A stretch of DNA of 40,011 nt from a virus (lineage: Duplodnaviria > Caudoviricetes), in the IMG/VR virus record IMGVR_UViG_3300042467_000560, positions 1 to 40,011 of that record; one strand, given 5' to 3'. Below the pieces are notes generated by a model, which saw only the letters and a list, made by a program, of their open reading frames with translations, had not been told where the DNA came from and ran no database searches. Shown one piece after another: positions 5,861 through 15,686 of the stretch. Positions within the stretch are counted from its first letter, which is position 1. Each line of letters starts with the position of its first letter. Made by a program: the position numbers and the translations under genes.

Positions 5861-8800
5861 TTACTGGAGCTTCTTCTGGATCATCCGCTGCGCGTCATCC
5901 ACGGATCCAACTACGCCAGCCAAGGAACCATCCGGAGAGTAGACACGAAGCTTACCATTGGTCTTGCCGGGAAGGATCCGATAGCCGCTCATAGTGTAAG
6001 CACCCGGGATGGATGGGTCGGGTTGGAGGCGTGGCGAGCCTTGAGATGCAGGGAAGTCTTTCGTTGTTACAACAGTCGTTGCCCCCTCTGGAAAGTCGTC
6101 AATGTACTGAATAGCATCATACTTAGATTCAGAAGCTGCTTTTTTTACCCTAGATGACTCTTCCCAAGGGTATTTCCATCCATTATCCCACCATTCTTGT
6201 CCAACTTCAGGATCAAATCCTAAATCCCTAGCAAGCCTTATCATTCCTCGCGCAGATGTTGTGTCTGCTTTGAGTATGTTTTTAAGAGGGACCGATTCAG
6301 TTCTAAGAGTTGAACCTCCGAATCCAGGATTGTCTAAGTATGACTCGGCAGTCGATTTTTCAGGAGACCAAGAAGACCAAGCCTTCACTCCTGTTTCATT
6401 TGCATCTCCAGCTCGATACAGCCTTACCTCATTATCCGGCATGTAACGGATGTCCGCGCTGCTCTGCTGGAATCGCTGAGAGAGAGGGATGATGTTACCA
6501 GCATCGTCGCGCGTGATGGGGTCGGCGGATTTGATCTGGGTGGGGTCGAAGGCAACGATCTCCAGCATCTCACTGTCGTCAACGCCACGTTGGAATCGAA
6601 TGACGCCATCGTAGCCCATCTTCTTTGCGTTAATGGCAATGTCGGATCGCTTCTCTGCCTTCACCTTCTTCCACAGATCGCCATCAGCAAAGGCTCCGCC
6701 AACCTTGACGGGGTTCTTGAGCGACAAGTAAGCAGGAATCACACGATCACCGTACCGAGAAGCGACTCCTTCCAGCTCGCTGAAGTAGAATCCTTTCCCG
6801 TACTCGTCACCGCCGACCTCTCTAGTTTGCTGGAACTCATTGAACTGAGATCGAGTTCCGTGGAATACCGGCCCCACTGTATACCCAGCAGCCTTCGCCG
6901 CCTGATCCACGAGTTCCTGTGCCTTAGCCGTATCCCCAGCCTCTACTGCTGAGAGGTACTCGGAGTCGGAGGGCATGAAGCGTTGGCTTGGAGCTGATGG
7001 AATTCCCTCCTTCGACTTGATCGTGTTGATGATGTTGTCCATCACCGGCATGACCGTCTGCAACGGCTGGGCAGTGACTTCACCGCGACTGTTTCGGATA
7101 CGGCTCTCTGTGCTGAGATCAGAGATGTTGTAGAACTTGTCTAGGTATCCGATGGCTTCTCCGTGAATCGTCCAAGGATATGAGTAATGGAATCCAGTCC
7201 TCTCAGGTGACTGCTTCACGTTGACTCCAAGCAATGCGACAACGGAACCGAATGGAACATCTGCAAGCTCTGGATCTGCAATGTCTCGGGCAATGTCCGC
7301 AGGTGAGATTCCAGCCGCTTCCAACTCCTTGGCAGTGATCGGGAGCTTCTTCCGCTGCATCTGAGTGAGCAGAGGCTCCATGTCGGCGAAGTTCAACTGC
7401 TTCTGATTCACAGCCTTCTTCAGGTCCGAGAACGTGTTGATCTTTCTGAATTTATCTCTGGCCGATTGCTTAATTGACTGAGCCTCAGAGTTGACGATTG
7501 CCGACGACATTGCAGCAACCTGAGAGTCTGCAGCTCTTTTCGTGATCGTCCTTGAATCAATTGCTGCCTGCATGGCTTCCACATAGGCAAGCTGTCCTGT
7601 CTGATTCTTCAGGTGGTTGATCGGACTCTGAACCGTGATACCAACGATGACGTTTCCATCAGCGTCCGCATCAGCGTTCAGTCTCTTCAGGAAACGACTG
7701 GCTGTCGCCTCGTCCGAGAACGCCCAACCACCTCCGTTGAAGATGTTCATAAAGCCACGACCACCTTGGCCTAGAACACTCAGCTTGCGTTTCGCACCAG
7801 TCGGTCCAACAGACATCTCTCCGATGCCCATTCGGTCTGCTGCCAGTGCGATGATCTTTCTGTCTGCGTAGTCCTCCAACCTGACCTTGTCACTGGCAGG
7901 CATGAACCTACCAATGTCGGACTTTGATATGGTGAACGACTCGGAGTCTGGAGCGATGACTACATCCCCCTCTTGTCGAACCTGCCGGAGTGCTTGCCCG
8001 CCTTCTTGGCCGCCTTGCGTGCGGTCGAGAGCGCGATTGCGATTGCCTGCTTCTGCGGTTTGCCGGACTTCATCTCCTTGCTGATATTGGAGCTGATCGA
8101 TTTCTGACTGTACCCTTGCTTGAGTGGCATTTGCTTTCCTTTGTGCTTGTTCTGCGGAGTCGTAGATCCCGAGGAGTTTTCCTTCAGGACCATACAACCG
8201 AAACTTGTTGCGACTGGTCAGTATGGTGAATCCATCACCAGACTTCCACGCCTGCTCATCGCCCACGGATCCAGCAGGCATGAAGCGATCCTTCATCTTG
8301 CGGTATGCGCTCTCGGAGAACTTGGCCCTGAAATCAGACGGATCCATCTGACCCATGCGATCTAGCCGGAAGCTGTGAATGAACTCGGAGCCACCTTTCT
8401 CCAGCGAGTTCATAAAGTTCCCGAAGAACTCAGCCTTGTCCGGACCGAAGATCTTGCGGCTAGGTATTGCGTTCTCCTTGCGGTCGAGGTTCGAAAGATA
8501 GGCGTTCAGCTCTCCGAGGAACTCACCAACGTTGCCCCACAGGCCGCCAACGGATCCGTCAGTACGGATAGAGCGTTGCAGCGACTTCCTCACCTGCGTC
8601 AGGTCGATGGCTCGGACGTAGGAGTTGTTCTCCTTGGATAGCAGCAGGTTATACGGAAGGACCTCGCGGAACGTCACTCGCCTCGATGCGTACTTGGTGC
8701 GCCAACGCTTTGAGGTCGGATCCTGAACCTTCTCGGTTGCTGGGTAGTACTCAACGAACAGAGACCGTCCTTCGTTGATGCTGCGATTGGCCATCTCCAA

Positions 8801-11116
8801 CCGCTGCTGCATCTGAGACGACACCGAAGAACCCTTGATGGCATCCAACTGTTCCGGGCTCAGATCACCGACCACCTCGCCATTGATGTCGATCTTGGCA
8901 CCGGGAAGTCCGTCGATGATTTGCTTGAGCGCCGTGACGTCCCGGGTCTCACGCTGCAACAGCTCGCCATTGGTCAGCAGTCGCACCTCCCCGGTAGGCA
9001 GACGCTCAGCAAATCCACCACGGACTGCGTAATCCGCTGCCACTGGGTCTGTAATGGCCTTCTGGTCGATCTTGAAGGACTTCTGGTAGTCAGCGTTGAG
9101 CAATGCCTCGTCGATGTTCTCACGAGCCTTCAGCAGCCTTCGGAGGGCAGCGTCAAGTGCCGGGGAAGCGTTCTTGATCTCAGGGAACAGAACGGAGTCC
9201 GTAGGCGTAATGCCAAACGTGCGCTCGATGAGTTGACCGATCTTTGATCCAACACGGCTGGCCTCCTGCAGAAGCAGCATGTCGGTGAAGTTCTGTCGCG
9301 TAGATCCAAACCCGCGCAGGAAGGCGTCTGGCTTCTGAGACGATAGAATTCGACCCACCTGTTCTGCTGCCAGCTCCTCACCAACATACACCGCACGGTC
9401 AGAAGCCGTCGGATTGGCCGATATGACGTTGGCGCGCGCGTCCGCTGGCAACTGTTTGACGTAGTCGTTGAAGAGTTGCTCGACCTTGGCTGGTGAGTAT
9501 TGGCCCTCGCTGACAAGCCGAACAGTCCCGTCCGGGTTGGGAACATAGGCTCCGGTGAGTGTCTCGACGAATCCAGTGACGTCACCTTGGAACTGCTTGG
9601 TCTTGGCCAGTGCGTGCAGCAGCTCGTGGCCCAGCGTGTAGATCGGGCTGTCACCCTTCACCTTGGGCATCGCATCCACGTTGATGAGGATGCGCGGAGT
9701 GGCCGAATTCTCGTCAGGGACAACACCGCGAGCAGTGACACCAGCACGCTTCTGGAACTCGTCACCACGCAGGATCTCTACGCCGATGTCTCCACGAGTG
9801 CCTTTGATGAGGCTTTCGAGATCCATCAAGTTAGCCGCAGTGTCAGTTCCAAACCGCTCTTGGACAGATTGGTAGGCCGCCTTCTTCTCCGGTGCCAGCG
9901 TGTCAACGTAGGTGGTCAGGTCATTGAGCCGTGCAGCCTTGGCCTCGCTACCGGTCAGTGTCTGCAGACCACGAGCGCCAAGAGAACCAAGAGCACCAGA
10001 TACACCTCCGGATCCAATTCCGGCAGCAGCTCCTTCTTCTCCGCCAGATAGATAACCAAGAACACCACCAAGAGCAGCGCCTTCCAGCGTTCCAGCAGTT
10101 CCTGCAAGTGCAGTGCGTAGTGCAGCATCTCCGCCATAACGTCCAACGGTTCCAATGATCCGTTGCCGCATGTTGGCCTCCGGAATGGCACCAACAGCCT
10201 CCAAGGCTCCGATGCGGGTAGGAGCACGTCCCGCCTGAGCGCCGGCAGTCTCCAGAGCGCGTCCAACGTCGGTGGCAGCTTCTGCGATGAACGGCACCGC
10301 GCCAACAGCACCGATGGCAGGACCAACACCCGTGGCAGCTAGAACTCCAGACGTGGTTGCCGCACCGCGAAGGGCCTCTGGAGAGATGCCAGTGGCTTCA
10401 GTGACGAATTTGCCAGCAGCGGCTGAGAGGCGCTCTACGGGCTTAGAGATGGCTTGGACACCCTTCCCAGCAACCGCAGCAGCTTTGCCAACAGCCTTAG
10501 CGGCAACCTTCTCTGCACCTAAGAGCTGACCAACACCCGGGACGAACATGGTCGGATCAGCAACCATGGCCACACCCTGCACGAACTCAGGGTTTAGATC
10601 CTCAGGCTTGAACATGATCGACATGTCGCCCTTGGCATACGCGTCGAGATCCTTGTTGAACTGGCGAGCCTCAAGGAACTGGCCGTATCGGTTCTCTAGC
10701 GTACCTGTTCCGCTGATGAGGTTGTTCAGCTTGAACAGTGCGGAGTCCGGATCCTGAGACTGAGCTACCAGCCCGTATAGCTGGGTAGTTCCTTGAGCAA
10801 GGCCCTCAATGTAGTTCTTAGGATTGAACGCCGCACCAGTCGTCACCGCAGCCTTACCAGCAGCTCCAGCGGTCTGGACTACCGTATCCGCAGCGGTCAG
10901 AAGGCTTTGTAGCCAGTCAGTCTGGCGGGTCTTGTTGTAGTCCTCGAAGAGCTGATACTGCTCCTGCGTAGGCGTGAAGTTCGGATCCTGAAGAGCGTTT
11001 GCAATGTCCTCACCAGTCGGCGGGAACTTTTCCGCAAGGATCTTCTGCGCTTCCTCTTGGCTTACCGAGTCCGGAAACTCGACAACCTGACTGCCGACCG
11101 AGACTTGGTATGGCAT
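5861..11116 (-). CDS. Giant internal virion/ejection protein of polyvalent type, 1751 aa
   Basis: Ala/Gly-rich region; zincin HELLH with downstream EELAAE; ART-like [18 protein letters not shown] and LYRAG..WSSWS domains; R(F/Y)MP linkers. Confidence 0.85.
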   Translation of the reverse strand: MPYQVSVGSQVVEFPDSVSQEEAQKILAEKFPPTGEDIANALQDPNFTPTQEQYQLFEDYNKTRQTDWLQSLLTAADTVVQTAGAAGKAAVTTGAAFNPKNYIEGLAQGTTQLYGLVAQSQDPDSALFKLNNLISGTGTLENRYGQFLEARQFNKDLDAYAKGDMSIMFKPEDLNPEFVQGVAMVADPTMFVPGVGQLLGAEKVAAKAVGKAAAVAGKGVQAISKPVERLSAAAGKFVTEATGISPEALRGAATTSGVLAATGVGPAIGAVGAVPFIAEAATDVGRALETAGAQAGRAPTRIGALEAVGAIPEANMRQRIIGTVGRYGGDAALRTALAGTAGTLEGAALGGVLGYLSGGEEGAAAGIGSGGVSGALGSLGARGLQTLTGSEAKAARLNDLTTYVDTLAPEKKAAYQSVQERFGTDTAANLMDLESLIKGTRGDIGVEILRGDEFQKRAGVTARGVVPDENSATPRILINVDAMPKVKGDSPIYTLGHELLHALAKTKQFQGDVTGFVETLTGAYVPNPDGTVRLVSEGQYSPAKVEQLFNDYVKQLPADARANVISANPTASDRAVYVGEELAAEQVGRILSSQKPDAFLRGFGSTRQNFTDMLLLQEASRVGSKIGQLIERTFGITPTDSVLFPEIKNASPALDAALRRLLKARENIDEALLNADYQKSFKIDQKAITDPVAADYAVRGGFAERLPTGEVRLLTNGELLQRETRDVTALKQIIDGLPGAKIDINGEVVGDLSPEQLDAIKGSSVSSQMQQRLEMANRSINEGRSLFVEYYPATEKVQDPTSKRWRTKYASRRVTFREVLPYNLLLSKENNSYVRAIDLTQVRKSLQRSIRTDGSVGGLWGNVGEFLGELNAYLSNLDRKENAIPSRKIFGPDKAEFFGNFMNSLEKGGSEFIHSFRLDRMGQMDPSDFRAKFSESAYRKMKDRFMPAGSVGDEQAWKSGDGFTILTSRNKFRLYGPEGKLLGIYDSAEQAQRKANATQARVQSEIDQLQYQQGDEVRQTAEAGNRNRALDRTQGGQEGGQALRQVRQEGDVVIAPDSESFTISKSDIGRFMPASDKVRLEDYADRKIIALAADRMGIGEMSVGPTGAKRKLSVLGQGGRGFMNIFNGGGWAFSDEATASRFLKRLNADADADGNVIVGITVQSPINHLKNQTGQLAYVEAMQAAIDSRTITKRAADSQVAAMSSAIVNSEAQSIKQSARDKFRKINTFSDLKKAVNQKQLNFADMEPLLTQMQRKKLPITAKELEAAGISPADIARDIADPELADVPFGSVVALLGVNVKQSPERTGFHYSYPWTIHGEAIGYLDKFYNISDLSTESRIRNSRGEVTAQPLQTVMPVMDNIINTIKSKEGIPSAPSQRFMPSDSEYLSAVEAGDTAKAQELVDQAAKAAGYTVGPVFHGTRSQFNEFQQTREVGGDEYGKGFYFSELEGVASRYGDRVIPAYLSLKNPVKVGGAFADGDLWKKVKAEKRSDIAINAKKMGYDGVIRFQRGVDDSEMLEIVAFDPTQIKSADPITRDDAGNIIPLSQRFQQSSADIRYMPDNEVRLYRAGDANETGVKAWSSWSPEKSTAESYLDNPGFGGSTLRTESVPLKNILKADTTSARGMIRLARDLGFDPEVGQEWWDNGWKYPWEESSRVKKAASESKYDAIQYIDDFPEGATTVVTTKDFPASQGSPRLQPDPSIPGAYTMSGYRILPGKTNGKLRVYSPDGSLAGVVGSVDDAQRMIQKKLQ
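7960..8130 (-). CDS. Small basic protein (MPLKx[10 protein letters not shown] type) nested out of frame in the giant gene, 56 aa
   Basis: Resembles a common stand-alone phage family as I recall it; AAGGAAAG upstream of the ATG. Confidence 0.65.
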   Translation of the reverse strand: MPLKQGYSQKSISSNISKEMKSGKPQKQAIAIALSTARKAAKKAGKHSGRFDKRGM

Positions 11117-11119
11117 AGA

Positions 11120-12385
11120 CTATTTGAAGCTCTTGGTGACTGGATCGTAAACCATGACCGGCTTCGCACCGGCAGACTGCGCTTGAGAACCACCAGTAGG
11201 CTGAAGCCCAAGCGCCTTGGCCTTGGACTCAAGACCAGATCCGGCACGCTCCAGCAATGAGGTGAGCGCCTTCACGTTGGAGGACTTCAGCGAGAAAATG
11301 TCAGTCGGATTCCTGACAATCGACTCCAGCAACGCGCGGTCTCGATCCGTTACTGTGCCGGGACCAATGATCTCAAGCCGCATGGCTCCTTGTGCAGCCT
11401 TGGCAAGCTGTTCCGCCTCGGACTTAATGACCGGATCCTGCTGAGCCAGCGTGCCCATGTTGGCGATCTCAAGCAGGCGGCCAATGTTCCGCTTGCTCTC
11501 CAAGACGTTGGAATACTGCTCGCGGAAGTCAGAAGCCTCCTTCTCGGTCGGAGCAACGCCTTGATATTCGGGAAAGTTTATCGTTAAAGCACGCTGTTTG
11601 GCGACGTCTGAGAAGGTTGGCGTCTTCTGCTCAACCAGCTTCCTCTCGCCGCCCATCGAGACAACAGTGCCAACCCCGGGAACCTCTTCGGTTGAAACCT
11701 GAGGGAGTTTTCCAGCAGCAATCAGAGCCTTGTCCAGAGCCTCGAGTTGAGGAGCTGCGACACCGAATTGACGGAAGACATTGACGGCGTCTGAGCGAAT
11801 CTGCTCTGGAGTGCGTTGGATAGGCGGAAGATCTTCAACCGGTTCATTTACAGCATTAACTGGGAATGGCTGAAACTGTGGCATCTGGGTTGGGATGTTG
11901 CTGATCTCACCCATGGCCTGACGCATCGCTTCCTCTTGAGCCAATCGACGCTGTTCTTCAGCCAGCTTCAACTGGTTCATCTGATACTGCTGACCTTGAA
12001 GCATGCCAGCGATTTGATTCTTCGCTTCTTGATCCTTCCTCTGCAGGAAGAACTCGGTATCAGCCAAAAGCGCCTTCTTCTTGGCATTGCTCAGTCCGGA
12101 ATACTTCTCCAGAGACGATACGAGGCGCGACTCTGGACTTCCTTCTGGAGCCTGACCGGCGGTTTGCGCCAAGTACGGAGCAAGACTCTCAAGACGCTGG
12201 TTGAGATAGTCTGCTTCCTGACGTCCTTGCTGATAGCGTTGCAACGCCTGACCGATACCCGCACCAAGCTGAGAGATGCCTGCCGCTAGATTACGTCCCG
12301 GCGCGGTGGCAGCCTCCATGTAGCCTGCAGGAAGCGGCTGAACGTTAAGACCGCTGTAGGGTCGTGAATATCCGTATTCGGCCAT
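11120..12385 (-). CDS. Internal virion / DNA ejection protein
   Basis: Gln/Ala-rich and helical; position before the giant gene; start reassigned to MAEYGY. Confidence 0.7.
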   Translation of the reverse strand: MAEYGYSRPYSGLNVQPLPAGYMEAATAPGRNLAAGISQLGAGIGQALQRYQQGRQEADYLNQRLESLAPYLAQTAGQAPEGSPESRLVSSLEKYSGLSNAKKKALLADTEFFLQRKDQEAKNQIAGMLQGQQYQMNQLKLAEEQRRLAQEEAMRQAMGEISNIPTQMPQFQPFPVNAVNEPVEDLPPIQRTPEQIRSDAVNVFRQFGVAAPQLEALDKALIAAGKLPQVSTEEVPGVGTVVSMGGERKLVEQKTPTFSDVAKQRALTINFPEYQGVAPTEKEASDFREQYSNVLESKRNIGRLLEIANMGTLAQQDPVIKSEAEQLAKAAQGAMRLEIIGPGTVTDRDRALLESIVRNPTDIFSLKSSNVKALTSLLERAGSGLESKAKALGLQPTGGSQAQSAGAKPVMVYDPVTKSFK

Positions 12386-12387
12386 AT

Positions 12388-12813
12388 TTAGTCCTCGTGC
12401 TGATCGTGGTATGCTGCCTCTCGAAGTCTCAATGAAATTGCCCGCATTAGCGACCAACCGCCCACGATCCACGCCACGGTTAGGATCATGTCGTTGCCGC
12501 ACTGCCGGATCACGTCAGCAACGCGCTGCTTCCAAGGCTCGTCAGACGTCTCCCAAGCCACTGAGTCAGCGTAGGTGTTTGTAATCGACGCAATGACCGG
12601 CTGAAGCCTCCAAGCGTTGGCTAGATAGAACGGCGTCGAGTATAAGGCGTTCGCCGCCATCAGTACCCGCAGCAGGTTCTCGGGGTTGTAGGCCGTGTCG
12701 CCATCGATGAGGTCGTCGATCTGATGGCAATATGCGTGGAAGGCTACCACAAAGGCCAAGGCGTCCGGATGCCCGTGGCAGACCTCTTGATAGATGGCGA
12801 CAATCTCCTTCAT
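12388..12813 (-). CDS. DDxxD-motif all-alpha protein (isoprenoid-synthase-like motif)
   Basis: HQIDDLIDGD. Confidence 0.65.
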   Translation of the reverse strand: MKEIVAIYQEVCHGHPDALAFVVAFHAYCHQIDDLIDGDTAYNPENLLRVLMAANALYSTPFYLANAWRLQPVIASITNTYADSVAWETSDEPWKQRVADVIRQCGNDMILTVAWIVGGWSLMRAISLRLREAAYHDQHED

Positions 12814-13139
12814 GCCGGCACGAAGTCTGTAGCCGCACTCGTAGGCTTACCACGCCATATCTCAAGGTTACTGAAGACCGAGAACGAATGGACCTTAGCA
12901 CCATGCACAGCCCCAGCAGGAACGTGTCTGGTCCAGCCTAGGTTGCGCGTGCAGAGCGTCCTGCGTTTGGCTCCCATCATCCACTCAACGTTGCCGAGCC
13001 AGTGCGTGATGCGTGAGTCGCACTGCTCGTGAGTGTGGAGCGGGATGATCTCTCCTTTAGGGCAGAACCAGACCTCCAACTGCCAGTTGAAGAACCGAAA
13101 CAGTTTGATTCCTACGCATCTCTGGAACCTTACGATCAC
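12810..13139 (-). CDS. Cupin-fold protein
   Basis: PLHTH and VPAGAVHG cupin metal motifs. Confidence 0.75.
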   Translation of the reverse strand: MIVRFQRCVGIKLFRFFNWQLEVWFCPKGEIIPLHTHEQCDSRITHWLGNVEWMMGAKRRTLCTRNLGWTRHVPAGAVHGAKVHSFSVFSNLEIWRGKPTSAATDFVPA

Positions 13140-13480
13140 AGTGCTTTGCCAAGGTACTTCGCACCCGAATCAATGCCGCCAATGATGTCCTGCTTGAGTT
13201 GGCTCTTCATCTCGTCGCGCTGGTTCAGCATCCCGCCATACTGTCCAAGCATGCCCTGCTCCATGTTGGGATTCAGACCGAACCTCTTCTGGATCTCATC
13301 ATCAGAGAAACCCTGCTCCTTGAGGAACTGGATCTGACCATACTGCTTGTCCAGACCCTGAGCGTACCGTTGCAGGCCGGAAGGTCCTTGTGGCGAAGGC
13401 ATGCTGGGAGCTTGGTAGGGCTGACTCATGCCGTACCGACCAAAGCCACCGCCGACTTGTTGAGAGTAGCCGTAGTTCAT
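13136..13480 (-). CDS. Hypothetical Gly/Gln-rich virion protein
   Basis: ATGA/GTGA-coupled within the ejection module. Confidence 0.7.
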   Translation of the reverse strand: MNYGYSQQVGGGFGRYGMSQPYQAPSMPSPQGPSGLQRYAQGLDKQYGQIQFLKEQGFSDDEIQKRFGLNPNMEQGMLGQYGGMLNQRDEMKSQLKQDIIGGIDSGAKYLGKAL

Positions 13481-14274
13481 AGAGCGCTTCCGACTGCACC
13501 GATGCCAGCACCGATGAGAGCCGTCTGGTTAGCCGCTGAAGCCGTACGCGCCGCCAGTTGCTGCTGCACATTGGAACCATAGATGTCCGCAGCGTATTGC
13601 GACTCAGGATTGAACAACTGACCCGGTGACAATCCCTGAGCTTGACCAAAGGCACCTTGAGTCATGCCGAACGCCTGCGAAGGACGTCCAAGGACCTGCT
13701 GGAACACGTCACCATAGACACCCTGCTGGGCAGCGATGCCTTGGAGCGCCTGCTGCTGACGTTGCTGCTGAAGTCCGGCACCCATGAGCTGAGACCGAAC
13801 AGCTTCCTCAACCGCACCACGAGGGCTCTCGGAAAGGCCACGGGCCGCATAAGCAGCTCGAGTTTGCTGCTGGGCCATCCGCTGTTGTTCCGGGGTCAGC
13901 CTAGAGCCAGCCGCAAGATTGGACTGAGCCTGAGCAGCCAAAGTATCAGCCAATGCCGCGGCTTGCGGAGAAGACTGCTGGATCGCTGCACGCGCACGAG
14001 GGCCCAGCTTCTCGATGTCTCCGATGTCAGCCGCACGCGAGATACCACGGGCCTGCGCCTCGGTCTGGGCAAGCTGTGGAGCCATCTGCCCATAGATCGC
14101 CGTAATCTCCGGAGCAAGCTGGCGTGCAATCTGAGCGTTCAGGGCAGCGTACTGAGGCGCGAATTGAGCCTCTGCAGCGTACTTCTGCGGTGCGAGGTCG
14201 ATCTGCGCCTGCAGCGTTTCCCTCGTCTCCTGCCCGTAATTCCGTGGCGGAGGTGCTTCGATGCTAGTTCCCAT
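13477..14274 (-). CDS. Internal virion / ejection protein
   Basis: Start MGTSIEAPPP; Ala/Gln-rich with a hydrophobic Gly-Ala C-terminus. Confidence 0.75.
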   Translation of the reverse strand: MGTSIEAPPPRNYGQETRETLQAQIDLAPQKYAAEAQFAPQYAALNAQIARQLAPEITAIYGQMAPQLAQTEAQARGISRAADIGDIEKLGPRARAAIQQSSPQAAALADTLAAQAQSNLAAGSRLTPEQQRMAQQQTRAAYAARGLSESPRGAVEEAVRSQLMGAGLQQQRQQQALQGIAAQQGVYGDVFQQVLGRPSQAFGMTQGAFGQAQGLSPGQLFNPESQYAADIYGSNVQQQLAARTASAANQTALIGAGIGAVGSAL

Positions 14275-14674
14275 AGATCTTTTCTCCTGTCTTGTAGACG
14301 TCCAAAGCTGTTCCGAAAAAGCGCACTTTGCGATGCCGAACCCCGTAACTTGGCAGGCTGGCAGACTCCGGCCTGCGTCGGAACATCTCTGCAAATGCCG
14401 ACATCAGAGCAATCGGGTTGTCACCAGCGATCTGATCCCAGTACCAGAACCGGCCATGCTCCGTCGTTTGCTGCCAGCGGAACGATTCCACCTGCATCTC
14501 TTCTGTAGGCCAACCGATCACGATAGCCCTAACGCTTCCTTGGGCGTCCACGGCGGCGACGAGTTGGTTCCTCTCGATCTGGAACATCAGGTAGTCCTCC
14601 AGAGCTTCCTGAGTCCACCCCTTGAAGTTCCCCGGGAGCTTCTTCCTGATGTACGATGTCAGGTTGTTCAACAT
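14264..14674 (-). CDS. Hypothetical protein, possibly GNAT-like
   Basis: Alpha/beta pattern; occupies the position of T7 gp13-like genes before the ejection genes. Confidence 0.6.
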   Translation of the reverse strand: MLNNLTSYIRKKLPGNFKGWTQEALEDYLMFQIERNQLVAAVDAQGSVRAIVIGWPTEEMQVESFRWQQTTEHGRFWYWDQIAGDNPIALMSAFAEMFRRRPESASLPSYGVRHRKVRFFGTALDVYKTGEKIYGN

Positions 14675-14750
14675 CGGGTGTTTTAGATTTCGCTAGTTCA
14701 CGGCCTATTCTTGCCAAGTTGTATACTCGAACTCGCATAGAAATTCATCA

Positions 14751-15683
14751 TCACGACAATGATAATGCAAAATTAACAATAAACACGTTGTTATCAATGT
14801 TCGGTATAGGACTTACAGTTTGAAGCCTGAAGTACACAACACTTGGTGATCCCGGTATTGAGATCGAACCTGTAAACCTTTTGTAATCGTTAGCGTTTCC
14901 TCGCATATCGAATCCAGAATCAACATCTGTCCATGTTCCGGAAACGCTTGTAGCCCATTGAAGCTTCATGCCTGAAAAATTCGTCTGACTATATGCTAAC
15001 GGAAGCATGAACGAAACCGTGTATGTAGATGGGATAAATGACGTGCTGAAGATAGAATAGGTGTTGTCGTACCTACACGGGAAACACCAAAGGCCAATCC
15101 TTGAGTCGGGCCTTCCAGTTCCGGTGTTGTACATGCTAATAAACCTATCGCCTCCGCTTAGGTTGGCCGACGCGTCCAAAGACACATCGAGCTTGTTGTT
15201 TGCCGAATTCAGCGTGGTTCCGCTAAACGAAAGACCCGTACCAAGCGTGATAGCCGTAGGAGCCGCAGCGGAACCTGTAGGATTACCAATCAGAGACGTG
15301 GCCGCTACGTTCTGAATCTTTGCATAGGTAACACCAGAGTTAGCGATCTGGATGTTGGTGCTGCTGTTCTCAAGACCGCCCGCAGGATTGATGGCCAGCA
15401 GGTTCTTCACATCAGACACGCTCAGGTCAGACGGGACAGCGGTCGAGCCAGTGTTGTTACCCTTGATGGTGTTTGACGCCATCGTCGCCATCTTGGCATT
15501 CGTGACCGCATTGGCAGCCAACTGAGTGGTGCCGACCGATCCAGCAGCGAGGGACAGCGATCCACCATCGACCGTGCCGACCACGTCAATGGATGGCGTG
15601 CCCAACAAGTTGAGCGTCGTCGGATCCAACGTGGTGCTGTTGGTGACCGTTGTTCCCGGAGTGACAGTGACAAATAGTGGCAT
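14751..15683 (-). CDS. Tail fibre/needle-like protein
   Basis: SVGTTQLAANAVTNAKMA and GVTYAKIQNV fibre repeats; AT-richer C-terminal domain. Confidence 0.7.
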   Translation of the reverse strand: MPLFVTVTPGTTVTNSTTLDPTTLNLLGTPSIDVVGTVDGGSLSLAAGSVGTTQLAANAVTNAKMATMASNTIKGNNTGSTAVPSDLSVSDVKNLLAINPAGGLENSSTNIQIANSGVTYAKIQNVAATSLIGNPTGSAAAPTAITLGTGLSFSGTTLNSANNKLDVSLDASANLSGGDRFISMYNTGTGRPDSRIGLWCFPCRYDNTYSIFSTSFIPSTYTVSFMLPLAYSQTNFSGMKLQWATSVSGTWTDVDSGFDMRGNANDYKRFTGSISIPGSPSVVYFRLQTVSPIPNIDNNVFIVNFALSLS

Positions 15684-15686
15684 GGC

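Noticed and set aside
13642-14508. 288-aa plus-strand ORF and other plus-strand track ORFs
   Set aside because: Antisense shadows of structural genes, without motifs or RBS
14751-15180. Variable fibre tip as a diversity-generating retroelement target
   Set aside because: No reverse transcriptase and no template repeat seen
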